NCBI GenBank assembly: GCA_042216675.1
Contig: JBDGTS010000007.1
Coordinates: forward strand, 45,457-109,456
Length of the DNA stretch: 64,000 nt
From: Halobacteriaceae archaeon
Lineage (GTDB): Archaea; Halobacteriota; Halobacteria; Halobacteriales; Halobacteriaceae
Reading direction: 5' to 3'
The notes beneath the pieces are model-generated. The model saw only the letters and a list, made by a program, of their open reading frames with translations, had not been told where the DNA came from and searched no databases. Of this stretch, positions 1 through 9,405 are shown one piece after another. How positions within the stretch are numbered: the stretch's first letter is position 1; each line of letters opens with the position of its first letter. Made by a program: the position numbers and the translations under genes.

Positions 1-1
1 G

Positions 2-649
2 GACCGGTACGACGCCGTCGTCGGCAACAATCTCTATCTCGCCGACGACGAACTCGCGGCCCACCTCGACGACTACGTGTCGGGTGGCGGCGACCTGCTG
101 TTGACGATGCGCGCCGGCGTGAAGGACCGCGCGAACAAGCTCCACGAGGACCTGACGCCCGGCCCCCTCGCGAATCTCGTCGGCGCGCGCGTGGACCAAC
201 ACGAGAGCGTCCCCGCGCAGATGGAGACCCGCGCCACCTACGACGGTGAGACGCACGCCTACCGGACGTGGGCGGAGTGGCTCGACCCCGACGCCGCGGC
301 TGTCGTCGGCCGCCACGAGACGGGCGTCGCCGCGGGCGAACCAGCAATCACCCGCAACGAGGTGGACGACGGTTCAGTCACGTACGTCGGCCTGTGGCCC
401 GAGGCGGACCTCGCGGACCGCCTCGTCACGGACCTCCTGCACCGCGCGGACGTGCCGACGACGGACCGACTGCCCGAGGGCGTCCGCTTCGCGGAACGCG
501 ACGGTCTGACGTGGGTCGGCAACTTCACCGAGGGCGCGGTCAGCGTGGACGCGCCCGCCGACGCCGAGTACGTCGTCGGCGACGAGACGGTGCCCTCCTT
601 CGACGTCAGCGTGGTCAGGGCCGCCCCCCACGAACTGTCCGTCGACTGA
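2..649 (+). CDS. GH42 beta-galactosidase, C-terminal part (5' end outside window)
   Basis: The frame is open from base 2 ([13 protein letters not shown]...[14 protein letters not shown]...WAEWL...PAITRN...VTYVG), resembling the GH42 trimerisation and C-terminal domains. Confidence 0.8.
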   Translation, partial: DRYDAVVGNNLYLADDELAAHLDDYVSGGGDLLLTMRAGVKDRANKLHEDLTPGPLANLVGARVDQHESVPAQMETRATYDGETHAYRTWAEWLDPDAAAVVGRHETGVAAGEPAITRNEVDDGSVTYVGLWPEADLADRLVTDLLHRADVPTTDRLPEGVRFAERDGLTWVGNFTEGAVSVDAPADAEYVVGDETVPSFDVSVVRAAPHELSVD

Positions 650-698
650 CGACGCGAACTCTTTAGTCCCGGCGGCCGTTTGTCCGGCTATCCGACGC

Positions 699-3287
699 AT
701 GGCCTCCGACTACAATCACAGCCGCGTCGAGGCGTTCTGGCAACGGGCGTGGGACGACGCCGGCGTCTTCGAAGTCGACCCCGACGCCGACGACCCCACC
801 TACGTCCTCGGGATGTTCCCCTACACCTCGGGCGAACTCCACATGGGGCACATCCGGAACTACACGCTCACGGACGCCTACGCCCGCTTCCGGCGGATGT
901 GCGGCGACGACGTGCTTCACCCGATGGGCTGGGACGCCTTCGGCCTCCCCGCAGAGAACGCCGCCCGCGACAGGGGTTCGGACCCGCTGACGTGGACCGA
1001 GACGAGCATCGAGGTGATGCGGGACCAACTCGAAGAGATGGGCTTTGGCTACGACTGGTCCCGCGAGATTCGCACCTGCGACCCCGACTACTACCGGTGG
1101 AACCAGTGGCTGTTCACCCGGTTCCACGAGGCGGGCCTCGTGGACCACCGGGGCGCCGAGGTGAACTGGTGTCCCGACTGCGCGACGGTCCTCGCGGACG
1201 AGCAGGTGGACCGCGAACCCGGCCACGCCGGGGTCTGCTGGCGGTGTGAGACACCCGTCGAGACGCGCGTCCTCGACCAGTACTTCCTCGCCATCACCGA
1301 CTACGCCGACGACTTGCTCGACGGCCTCGACGAACTCGACGGCTGGCCCGACGGCGTGAAAGAGGCCCAGCGCAATTGGATCGGGCGCCGCGAGGGGGCG
1401 GCCGTCGCCTTCGATGCGGGCGAGTACGGGGACGTCGAGGCGTTCACGACGCGCCCGGACACGCTCTACGGCGCGACGTTCGTCGCCCTCGCGCCGTCAC
1501 ATCCCGTCGCGGAGGAACTCGCGGCCGAGAACGAGGCCGTGGCCGACTACGTGGCCGCCATCAATCGCGAGGAGGGGGCGGACGACCGCTCGGGCGTCTA
1601 CACCGGCGTCGACGCCGTCCACCCCGCGACGGGCGAGGAACTGCCCGTCTACGTCGCGGCCTACGTCCTCGGCGACGTGGGGACGGGCGCGCTGATGGGC
1701 GTCCCGGCTCACGACCGACGCGACCACGAGTTCGCGGCCGAACACGACCTGCCGGTGCGCCGCGTCGTGGCGGGCGGTGACCTTCCCTACGCCGGCGAGG
1801 GCGAACTGGTCGACAGCGGCGACTACACCGGCCTCGATAGCGAGACGGCCCGCGAGCGACTGCGCACGGAATCCTACGTCGAGTCGCGCACGGCCTACCA
1901 CCTTCGGGACTGGCTCATCTCTCGCCAGCGCTACTGGGGCACCCCCATCCCCATCGTCCACTGCCCGGACTGCGGCCCGGTGCGCGTGCCCGACGAGGAC
2001 CTGCCCGTCGAGTTGCCGCCGTTTCAGGAGACGACCGGGAATCCTCTCGACGCGGCGACGGAGTGGGTGGAGACGACGTGTCCCGACTGTGGCGGCCCCG
2101 CCGAACGCGAGACGGACACGATGGACACCTTCTTCGACTCGTCGTGGTACTATCTGCGCTACCTCTCGCCGGAGTTCGAAGACGCGCCGTTCGACGCGGA
2201 CGTGGCGGCCGACTGGCTTCCGGTCGACCAGTACGTCGGCGGCCGGGAACACGCGGTCCTCCACCTGCTGTACCTGCGCTTCTTCGCGCGGGCCCTCGCG
2301 GACATGGACCTCCTGCCCGAGTCGGCCCGCGAGCCAATCGAGACGCTGACGACGCAGGGGATGGTCAACCTCGGCGAGGAGAAGATGTCGAAGTCCGCGG
2401 GTAACGTCGTCTCGCCCGACGAGTACGGCGCCGACACGACGCGGCTCGCGGTCCTCTCTGCCGCCGCGCCGGACAGCGACTTCGCGTGGTCGAGCGAACG
2501 CGCGAGCGACGCCTACGAGTTCCGCCAGCGAGTGTTCCGCCTCGTTCGGGAGTACGAGGCGGGCGAGGAACCCGACGAGCGCCGGCCGGTGGACGACTAC
2601 GTGAGCCGCGAGGTGGACGCCACCATCGAGAACGTGACGGCCGCCTACGAGGACCTGCAGTTCGAACGCGGCCTCCAGTCGGTGCGCTCGCTCGTCTCCC
2701 TGCTGTTCCGCTACCGCCAGCACACGAGTCCAGCACCGGGCACGTACGCGCGAGGGCTGGAAGCCGTCGTGAAACTGCTCGGCCCGGTGATGCCACACCT
2801 CTGTGAGGAACTGTGGGTCGACCTCGACGGTGAGGGCCTGTTGGCGGCGGCGCCGTGGCCCGACCCCGTTGCCCTCCCTGACGACGTGGACCGGGAGCGA
2901 ACGCTGGTTCGGGACGTGCGCCGCGACGTGCGCGACATCGCCACCGTCGCGGACCTCGACCCCGACGAGATAGTGGTCACCGTCGCGCCGCCGTGGAAGC
3001 ACGACGCCGCCGCGGCCGCGGCCGCCGACCCGGCCGACGCCTTCGACGCCGCGTCGGCCGTCGACGGGCCGAGCGAGGAGGCGGTCCGCGAGTTCGCAGG
3101 CACCCTCGCCGAACGCGCACGCGAACTCGACCCGCCGCTGGGGGCCAAGCGGGAGGCCGCGACGCTCGAACGCGCGGCGTGGCTCCTCCGCGACGAGTTC
3201 GACGCCGACGTGCGCGTGCGCCGCGCCGACGCGGACGACGTGGCGCCCGAGGCCGAACCGTACCGGCCGGCAGTCGAACTCCTCTAA
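699..3287 (+). CDS. leuS: Leucyl-tRNA synthetase, bacterial type
   Basis: [13 protein letters not shown] (HIGH), [15 protein letters not shown]1 editing motifs TTRPDT and [38 protein letters not shown] and KMSKS. Confidence 0.96.
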   Translation: MASDYNHSRVEAFWQRAWDDAGVFEVDPDADDPTYVLGMFPYTSGELHMGHIRNYTLTDAYARFRRMCGDDVLHPMGWDAFGLPAENAARDRGSDPLTWTETSIEVMRDQLEEMGFGYDWSREIRTCDPDYYRWNQWLFTRFHEAGLVDHRGAEVNWCPDCATVLADEQVDREPGHAGVCWRCETPVETRVLDQYFLAITDYADDLLDGLDELDGWPDGVKEAQRNWIGRREGAAVAFDAGEYGDVEAFTTRPDTLYGATFVALAPSHPVAEELAAENEAVADYVAAINREEGADDRSGVYTGVDAVHPATGEELPVYVAAYVLGDVGTGALMGVPAHDRRDHEFAAEHDLPVRRVVAGGDLPYAGEGELVDSGDYTGLDSETARERLRTESYVESRTAYHLRDWLISRQRYWGTPIPIVHCPDCGPVRVPDEDLPVELPPFQETTGNPLDAATEWVETTCPDCGGPAERETDTMDTFFDSSWYYLRYLSPEFEDAPFDADVAADWLPVDQYVGGREHAVLHLLYLRFFARALADMDLLPESAREPIETLTTQGMVNLGEEKMSKSAGNVVSPDEYGADTTRLAVLSAAAPDSDFAWSSERASDAYEFRQRVFRLVREYEAGEEPDERRPVDDYVSREVDATIENVTAAYEDLQFERGLQSVRSLVSLLFRYRQHTSPAPGTYARGLEAVVKLLGPVMPHLCEELWVDLDGEGLLAAAPWPDPVALPDDVDRERTLVRDVRRDVRDIATVADLDPDEIVVTVAPPWKHDAAAAAAADPADAFDAASAVDGPSEEAVREFAGTLAERARELDPPLGAKREAATLERAAWLLRDEFDADVRVRRADADDVAPEAEPYRPAVELL

Positions 3288-4774
3288 ACGCCGCCGGCTG
3301 GCGATTCGCCGCTCGTCTGCGTCGGCAGTGCGTCCGGGCTCTCGCCCTCCAGCGCGGCCGCGAGGTGGAGAAGCGCCAGCGGCGTCGGGTCGCCGAGGCT
3401 GGCGACCCCCGCTTCGTCCACGAACGCGCCGTCGGCGAAGCGCTCGTCCAGAACGTTCTCGCCGACGCGGGCCGCCGCGCCGAGGTAGCCCGCACGGCCC
3501 GTGTCCCGATAGCGTTCGAGGGCCGCGTGGACGGCCCGGTAGTCGCTCAGGTCGTGGTCGGTCCGGGGCCGGCCATCGTCGTCGCAGAGGCCGAGGCCCG
3601 CGGCGAGGTGGCGACACATCTTCTGGCACGTCTCGTCGCCGGTCCGGCGCGCGGCGAGCGCGTACGCCCACAGGAAACCCGCGTCGGCCTCGATGGGGCC
3701 GATGACCCGTCCCTTCGGCCCGAAGTAGCCCTCGCGCCGGATGACGAACCCCTCCAGACTGTAGCCGTCCGTCAGCATCGGCTCGAAGTCGTTCTCCGCG
3801 GGGCGGTAGGTGCCCGCCCACGCTTGGAGTTCCTCGACGGCCCACTCGGTGAACCGCTCGGCGCCGAGTTTCGCGCCGAGTTCGAGTTGCCGACGCTGGA
3901 CGACCGGTCGCGGCCGGAACAGGGTGCCCTCGAACACCCGGTGGTCGCCGTGGATGTACGGCGCGAACTGGTACTGCGCCCTGTCGCCCCTGATTTCGGG
4001 GCCGTTGCACCAACTGGGGTGCTGGCTGAACTGGTAGCCGCTGATGCCCGTCTCGCCGCGCGTCTCGACGTAGCGCTCGGCCAGACGCTCGGCCCACCGC
4101 CGGGGCGCGTCGTCGCCGTCGAGGGCTGACAGCAGGCCCGCCGCGTAGTACAGGTCGCTCCCCGTGTTGACGAACGTGAGGCCGTCGCCCCAGAAGAACA
4201 CGTCGCCGCCGGCGTAGTCGCGGTCCCAGACGCCCGCCGTGTCCGGCCCCCACCCGCCGTGGCGGTTGAAGTCCAGTCGGTCCCAGTCGAGGACGTGCGC
4301 GGCCCAGAACGCCTCGACGAAGCGCCGCGTCGCGTCGGCGTCCACGTCCCAGAGGAACTCGTAGAACGGGTAGTCCCACTTGAGTTCGTGCGGGCCGCCC
4401 TTCTTCGTCGCCACGGCGTCGTCGTCCACGTCGTAGGCGACGTGGCCGCCCCAGTGCAGGAGGCCACTCGGCCCCGCGAGTTCGGCGAGAGCGAACTCGG
4501 TCACCTCCGCGGCGGCGTCGCGGTAGCGCGCGTCGCCCGTCGTCTCGCTGAGGCCCATCAGCGCACGGAGGAACGGCTGTTGGACCGCGAAGTTCGAGAG
4601 CCGTCGCCCCTCCCCCACGTCGCGTTCGTCGCGCGCGACCGGTTCGCCCGCGGCGGGGTCCACGCCGTCGACGAGCAACGGCGTCTCGACGGTCCCGAAG
4701 CGGTCCCGGCCGTGTTCGAGCATCGCGTCCGCGTGGGAGCGCACCGCCTCGACCAGCGTCGCGGCGTCTGTCAT
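3284..4774 (-). CDS. Pectate lyase family PL2 (PelW-like, no signal peptide)
   Basis: [55 protein letters not shown] and P.PLALL match PL2 motifs. ATG at 4774. Confidence 0.85.
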   Translation of the reverse strand: MTDAATLVEAVRSHADAMLEHGRDRFGTVETPLLVDGVDPAAGEPVARDERDVGEGRRLSNFAVQQPFLRALMGLSETTGDARYRDAAAEVTEFALAELAGPSGLLHWGGHVAYDVDDDAVATKKGGPHELKWDYPFYEFLWDVDADATRRFVEAFWAAHVLDWDRLDFNRHGGWGPDTAGVWDRDYAGGDVFFWGDGLTFVNTGSDLYYAAGLLSALDGDDAPRRWAERLAERYVETRGETGISGYQFSQHPSWCNGPEIRGDRAQYQFAPYIHGDHRVFEGTLFRPRPVVQRRQLELGAKLGAERFTEWAVEELQAWAGTYRPAENDFEPMLTDGYSLEGFVIRREGYFGPKGRVIGPIEADAGFLWAYALAARRTGDETCQKMCRHLAAGLGLCDDDGRPRTDHDLSDYRAVHAALERYRDTGRAGYLGAAARVGENVLDERFADGAFVDEAGVASLGDPTPLALLHLAAALEGESPDALPTQTSGESPAGGV

Positions 4775-4801
4775 ACCCGCCCCTGTGCGAGCGGCGACTT
4801 G

Positions 4802-4828
4802 TGTGTTGTGCCCGCGGACCACAACATA
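4802..4828. promoter_or_regulatory. Inverted repeat in the divergent PL2 / oxidoreductase promoter
   Basis: TGTGTTGTG-N9-CACAACATA (8/9 match) overlapping a TATA-like CATATA about 30 nt upstream of ATG 4858. Confidence 0.4.
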
Positions 4829-4857
4829 TAACTCCGCAACCTCGGTCGCGGTAGACG

Positions 4858-5862
4858 ATGACAGACGACCTCCGCTTCGGCGTCGTCGGCGTCGCCGGCA
4901 TGGGCGGCACGCACGCCGACGCCCTCGAACAGACGGACGGCGCGTCGCTCGTGGCCGGGGCCGACCTGGACGAGGCGGCCGCCGACGAGTTCGCCGACGA
5001 GTACGGCGTCGCCGCGTACACCGACACCGTCGAGATGGTCCGGGACGCGGACCTCGACGCCGCGTGCATCTGCACGCCCAACGGCACCCACGCCGACGTC
5101 GTGGAGGACGTGGCCGCCGAGGGCGTCGATATTCTCTGCGAGAAACCCCTCGACGTGACGCCCGAACGGGTCGCTCGGGTCATCGAGGCCTGCGAGGACG
5201 CCGGAGTGACCCTCGGCGTCTGCCTCCAGCGACGCACGCTCGGCGGTCCGCGCCTCGCCCGCGACGCCGTGGCGGACGGCACTCTCGGGGACCTCACGCT
5301 CGCGGACGTGCAGGTGAAGTGGCACCGCACGAGCGACTACTACGACGTGGGCTGGCGGGGGACCGCAGACCTCGACGGCGGCGTCCTCCTGACGCAGGCG
5401 CTCCACGGCATCGACTTGCTCCAGTGGGCCGCGGGCGGCGTCGAACGGGTGACGGCCACCGTCGAGACGATGCACCACGAGGGAATCGAAGTCCCCGACA
5501 CCGCGGCGGCGACGCTGGAGTTCGAGAACGGCGCCTACGGCCAGATTTCGGCTTCGACGGCCGTCTACCCCCAGTACCCCATCACCCTGCAGGTCCACGG
5601 CACCGAGGGGTCGGTCCGGTGGCACGAGGACGAACTGGACGAGTTCACCGTCGAGGGCCGCGACGACGCGGCCCTGCCGGATCCCGAACCGTTCGAGTTG
5701 GGGCGGGGCCACCTCGGCATCGTGCGGGACTTCGTGGAAGCGCTTCAGGAGGGCCGCGAACCGATGGTCTCGGGCGCCGACGCACGCGACGTCCACGACC
5801 TCGTGTTCGCCATCGCGCAGGCCGCCGAGACGGACGAGTGGGTCGCACTCCCCGACCGGTAG
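4858..5862 (+). CDS. Gfo/Idh/MocA family NAD(P)-dependent oxidoreductase
   Basis: GVVGVAGMG Rossmann motif, ICTPNGTH, LCEKPL and GGVLLTQALHGIDL. Confidence 0.9.
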   Translation: MTDDLRFGVVGVAGMGGTHADALEQTDGASLVAGADLDEAAADEFADEYGVAAYTDTVEMVRDADLDAACICTPNGTHADVVEDVAAEGVDILCEKPLDVTPERVARVIEACEDAGVTLGVCLQRRTLGGPRLARDAVADGTLGDLTLADVQVKWHRTSDYYDVGWRGTADLDGGVLLTQALHGIDLLQWAAGGVERVTATVETMHHEGIEVPDTAAATLEFENGAYGQISASTAVYPQYPITLQVHGTEGSVRWHEDELDEFTVEGRDDAALPDPEPFELGRGHLGIVRDFVEALQEGREPMVSGADARDVHDLVFAIAQAAETDEWVALPDR

Positions 5863-5893
5863 GCTTTATTCGGCGCCGGGGCCACCCTCGGGC

Positions 5894-6613
5894 ATGTCGC
5901 TGACGGTCACCGTCTGGAACGAGAACGTCCACGAACAGGAGGACCCCGAGGTGGCGGAGCGCTACCCCGACGGCATCCACGGGGCCATCGCCGACTTCCT
6001 CGACGACGCGGGCCACGACGCGCGCACCGCGACGCTACAGGAACCGGAGCACGGTCTCGACGAGGGGACCATCGCGGAGACGGACGTGCTGGTCTGGTGG
6101 TCCCACGCCGCCAACGACGAGGTGACAGACGAGGTGGCCGACCGTGTCGTGGACGCCGTCCTCGACGGGATGGGCTTCATCCCCCTTCACTCCGGGAAGA
6201 ACTCGAAGCCGTTCAAGCGCCTGATGGGGACCTCCTGTGCCATCAAGTACCGCCACGGCGGCGAGACGGAGCGAATCTGGGTCGTGGACCCCAGTCATCC
6301 CATCGCCGACGGCCTCGACGACCACTTCGAGATTCCCGAGACGGAGATGTACGGGGAGCCGTACATGGTGCCCGAACCGGACCGCCTCGTCTTCACCTCG
6401 TGGTTCGAGGGCGGCGAGGTGTTCCGCTCCGGCTGTTGCTACCACCGCGGTCGCGGGAACATCTTCGCGTTCCGGCCCGGACACGAGGAGTACCCAATCT
6501 TCTATCAGGACGAGGTCCAGACGGTCGTCGAGAACGCCGTGGAGTGGGCCGCGCCGAACGAGGGCGCGAGCGCCACCCACGGCCACAGCGAACCGCTGGA
6601 GGACTTCGAGTAA
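5894..6613 (+). CDS. ThuA-like (trehalose utilisation) protein
   Basis: VTVWNENVHE, YPDGIHG, DVLVWWSH, LHSG, EMYGEP, SWFEGGEVFRSG and FRPGHE. Confidence 0.9.
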   Translation: MSLTVTVWNENVHEQEDPEVAERYPDGIHGAIADFLDDAGHDARTATLQEPEHGLDEGTIAETDVLVWWSHAANDEVTDEVADRVVDAVLDGMGFIPLHSGKNSKPFKRLMGTSCAIKYRHGGETERIWVVDPSHPIADGLDDHFEIPETEMYGEPYMVPEPDRLVFTSWFEGGEVFRSGCCYHRGRGNIFAFRPGHEEYPIFYQDEVQTVVENAVEWAAPNEGASATHGHSEPLEDFE

Positions 6614-8041
6614 CTACTCGGAGACGGCCGTCTCGGCGCGCCCCAGACGGTTTCCGGTGAGTTCCACGTCGACGCAGTCGTCCAGTTCGAGGAAGGTTCC
6701 GGTCCCCTCCGCGGCGGCGCAGGCGTGGACGAGCGCGCCGTCCACGTCCGCGAAGCGACAGACTGGCTCCCCGGCGGCGGGGTCGGGCGAGCGCAGGCGG
6801 TCCACGTCGAGGTCGGTCACCGACCGCGCGGCGACGGCGGGCGTCTCTTCGGCACTCGCGGTCACGTCGTGGAGGAACACGCCCTCGGCGTTGCTCACGT
6901 CGAAGCCACGGCGCGCGCCCTCGACGCGGACGTTCGAGAGGGTGAAGTCCTGCACGGGCATCTCCGGTAGGCCCTCCACGAGAGCGGCCGTGTCGGCACC
7001 GGCGACGGTGACGTTCTCGTAGTGGACGCCCCGGACCGTCGGCGTCCCCTCGGTGACGGGGTCGGGGTCCGGGTCGCCCTTGCCGTCGTGGTAGTGCATC
7101 GAGACGGTGAACCCGGAGTATTCGATGTCGCGCATCACGATAGTGCTCGCGCGGATGTTCTCGATGACGCCGCCGCGCCCGCGTCTGGTCTTGATGCGCA
7201 GGCCGCGGTCGGTGCCGTCGAAGACGCAGTTCGAGACGACGACGTTGCGCACGTCGCCGGACATCTCGGACCCGATGGTGACGCCACCGTGCCCGCGCCG
7301 CATCGTGCAGTTCGTCACGACGACGTTCTCGCAGGGTTCGCCCACCTCGCGGCCGTCCTCGTCGAAGCCGGACTTGATAGTGATGCAGTCGTCGCCCACG
7401 TCGATGTGGCAGTTCGCGATGCGGACGTGCTGACAGGAGTCGGGGTTGATGCCGTCCGTGTTCACCGAGGACTCGGGGTTCTCGACGGTGACGCCCTCGA
7501 CGGCGACGTTCTCGCAGTAGACGGGGTGGACCGTCCACGAGGGCGAATTGCGGATGGTGACGCCGCGCACGAGGACGTTCTCGCAGTCGTAGAGGTTGAT
7601 GACCCGCGGTCGCGGATAGTCGAGTTCGCCGGGGTACGGTCGCCCGCGCCCGAGTTCGTGGTCCTGCTCGTCGCGGCGGTACGTCGCCCACCACACCTCG
7701 CCGCCGCCGTCGATGGTTCCGCGGCCGGTGATGGACACGTCCGTCAGGTCGTGGCCGGTGAACAGCGACGCGTACACCTCTCGCTCGACGCCCTCCCAGC
7801 GTCCGGCGACGCCGGGGTAGGACTCCACGTCTTCGAGGGCGCGAACCAGCGCCCCGCTCTCGACGTGGACGCGCACGCCGGACCGGAGGAACAGGGGGCC
7901 GGTGAGATACTCGCCGGACGGGAACCGGACGACGCCGCCGCCCGCGTCGCCGCAGTCGTCGATGGCCGACTGGATTTCGTCAGTCGATTCGGTTCGGCCC
8001 TCGACGTCAGCGCCGTACTCCGTCACGTCAACTGTGACCAT
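6614..8041 (-). CDS. GH28 polygalacturonase/exo-polygalacturonosidase (cytoplasmic)
   Basis: Catalytic motifs NTDG, GDD, GHG and RIK, plus GSEMSG. ATG at 8041; no signal peptide. Confidence 0.92.
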   Translation of the reverse strand: MVTVDVTEYGADVEGRTESTDEIQSAIDDCGDAGGGVVRFPSGEYLTGPLFLRSGVRVHVESGALVRALEDVESYPGVAGRWEGVEREVYASLFTGHDLTDVSITGRGTIDGGGEVWWATYRRDEQDHELGRGRPYPGELDYPRPRVINLYDCENVLVRGVTIRNSPSWTVHPVYCENVAVEGVTVENPESSVNTDGINPDSCQHVRIANCHIDVGDDCITIKSGFDEDGREVGEPCENVVVTNCTMRRGHGGVTIGSEMSGDVRNVVVSNCVFDGTDRGLRIKTRRGRGGVIENIRASTIVMRDIEYSGFTVSMHYHDGKGDPDPDPVTEGTPTVRGVHYENVTVAGADTAALVEGLPEMPVQDFTLSNVRVEGARRGFDVSNAEGVFLHDVTASAEETPAVAARSVTDLDVDRLRSPDPAAGEPVCRFADVDGALVHACAAAEGTGTFLELDDCVDVELTGNRLGRAETAVSE

Positions 8042-8077
8042 GCCTCGCCGTTTCGCCGCCCCCACAAAAACGTCCCG

Positions 8078-9322
8078 CTACTCGTAGTGGAACTCCGTCC
8101 ACGGCCCCTCCTCGAAGGGGTACTCCGCCACGACGTCGAGGTTCACCTCGAAGCCCAGTCCCGGGTCGTCGGGCACGGCGAGGCGCCCGTTCTCGACGGC
8201 CGGTTCATCCTCGATGAGGTCGAACGCCGCGTCGAAGGGGTACATCCCGGGGTCGCCGTCGGCGGCGATGAGCGGGTCGTTCTCGAAGACGGGGTACTCC
8301 ACGAGGTCGACGTCCGGCGCGGCGGCGACGAGGTGCGCGTTCGCCAGCAGACCGATCCACGTCCCGAAGTTGTGCGGCACGAACTCCACGTCCCGGCCGC
8401 GGCAGAACTCGACGGCCGGCACGCATCCGGTGAAGCCCCGGTGGTGGCGCACGTCGCCCTGCAGGAAGTCCACGGCGCCCGTGCGCCCGAGTTCGAGGAG
8501 GCCCTCGGGCGTCTCCTCGCTCTCGCCGCCGGCGAGGGGGGCGTCAGTCGTCTCCGCCAGCCACTCGTAGCCCTCGTAGTCGTCTGGCGCGACTGGCTCC
8601 TCGACCCAGTAGGCGCCCTGTTCGGCGGCGTACTGGACGATGGACTGAATCTCCGCGTCGTCGTAGGCGTCCTCCAGTTTCCACCACGTGTGCGCGTCGA
8701 GCATCATCGCCGTCTCGTCGAGGGCCTCGGCCACGAGGTCGATGGTCCGCTTGTCGGCGTCGGGGCCGATGCCGGGCCGGTACTTGTAGCCGAAGAAGCC
8801 CTCTTCCTCGACGATGGCCGCTTGCTCGGCGAAGCCCTCGGGGTCCATGTACATCCCAGCGCTGGCGTAGAGGGGGAGGTCCGTCGTGGCCTCGGGCGCG
8901 TCGTCGAACTCCTCGCGGAGCAGTTCGTAGACCGGCACCCCCTCCTCCTTCCCGCGGATGTCGTAGAGGGCCACGTCCACGGCCGAGATCGCCTTCGTGG
9001 TCAGGTCGGCGGGGAGCGACGACGCCTCCAGCAGGTCGTGGGCGTCGGTGATGGCATCGATGTCCTCGCCTTCGAGGGCGTCGGCGACGGTGCTGTTCAG
9101 CACGTCCGCGAAAGTGCCCTGTGACTTGTCCTCGAAGAACTCCTTCATCGACGAACTCGACGCGCCGGCCGTCGCCGCGCCCCGGAGACCGGTGGCCGTC
9201 TCGACGACCACGAGGACCACGTCTCGCTTCAGCAGGCGACGGTACCCCCCGTGGAACTCCCGTTTCTGCGTCGGGTCGATGGGCGACGACAGCGCGTACC
9301 CGGTGACGTCTGTGACGTGCAT
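8078..9322 (-). CDS. Mandelate racemase/enolase superfamily (probable sugar-acid dehydratase)
   Basis: SAVDVALYDI, LYASAG, KYR, MMLDAH, WVEEP, LAGGES, VPHN and PGLG. Confidence 0.85.
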   Translation of the reverse strand: MHVTDVTGYALSSPIDPTQKREFHGGYRRLLKRDVVLVVVETATGLRGAATAGASSSSMKEFFEDKSQGTFADVLNSTVADALEGEDIDAITDAHDLLEASSLPADLTTKAISAVDVALYDIRGKEEGVPVYELLREEFDDAPEATTDLPLYASAGMYMDPEGFAEQAAIVEEEGFFGYKYRPGIGPDADKRTIDLVAEALDETAMMLDAHTWWKLEDAYDDAEIQSIVQYAAEQGAYWVEEPVAPDDYEGYEWLAETTDAPLAGGESEETPEGLLELGRTGAVDFLQGDVRHHRGFTGCVPAVEFCRGRDVEFVPHNFGTWIGLLANAHLVAAAPDVDLVEYPVFENDPLIAADGDPGMYPFDAAFDLIEDEPAVENGRLAVPDDPGLGFEVNLDVVAEYPFEEGPWTEFHYE

Positions 9323-9405
9323 GCGGGGGAGTGACGAGCGACGTGGCTAAAGGCTCCCGGTTCGGCCCCCGCAACTTTACTACCCCGCCGGGGGAACGGG
9401 GGGCC

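Noticed and set aside
1497-5330. 1277-aa minus-strand ORF, and similar long ORFs at 9409-12606, 13342-16047, 42753-45248 and 59325-62549
   Set aside because: Arg/Gly/Ala-rich shadow frames antisense to well-supported genes; expected at about 70% GC.
6611-6616. Zero-gap tail-to-tail gene junctions (also at 12903, 28701 and 51304)
   Set aside because: Common compact arrangement in haloarchaeal genomes; no evidence of special function.
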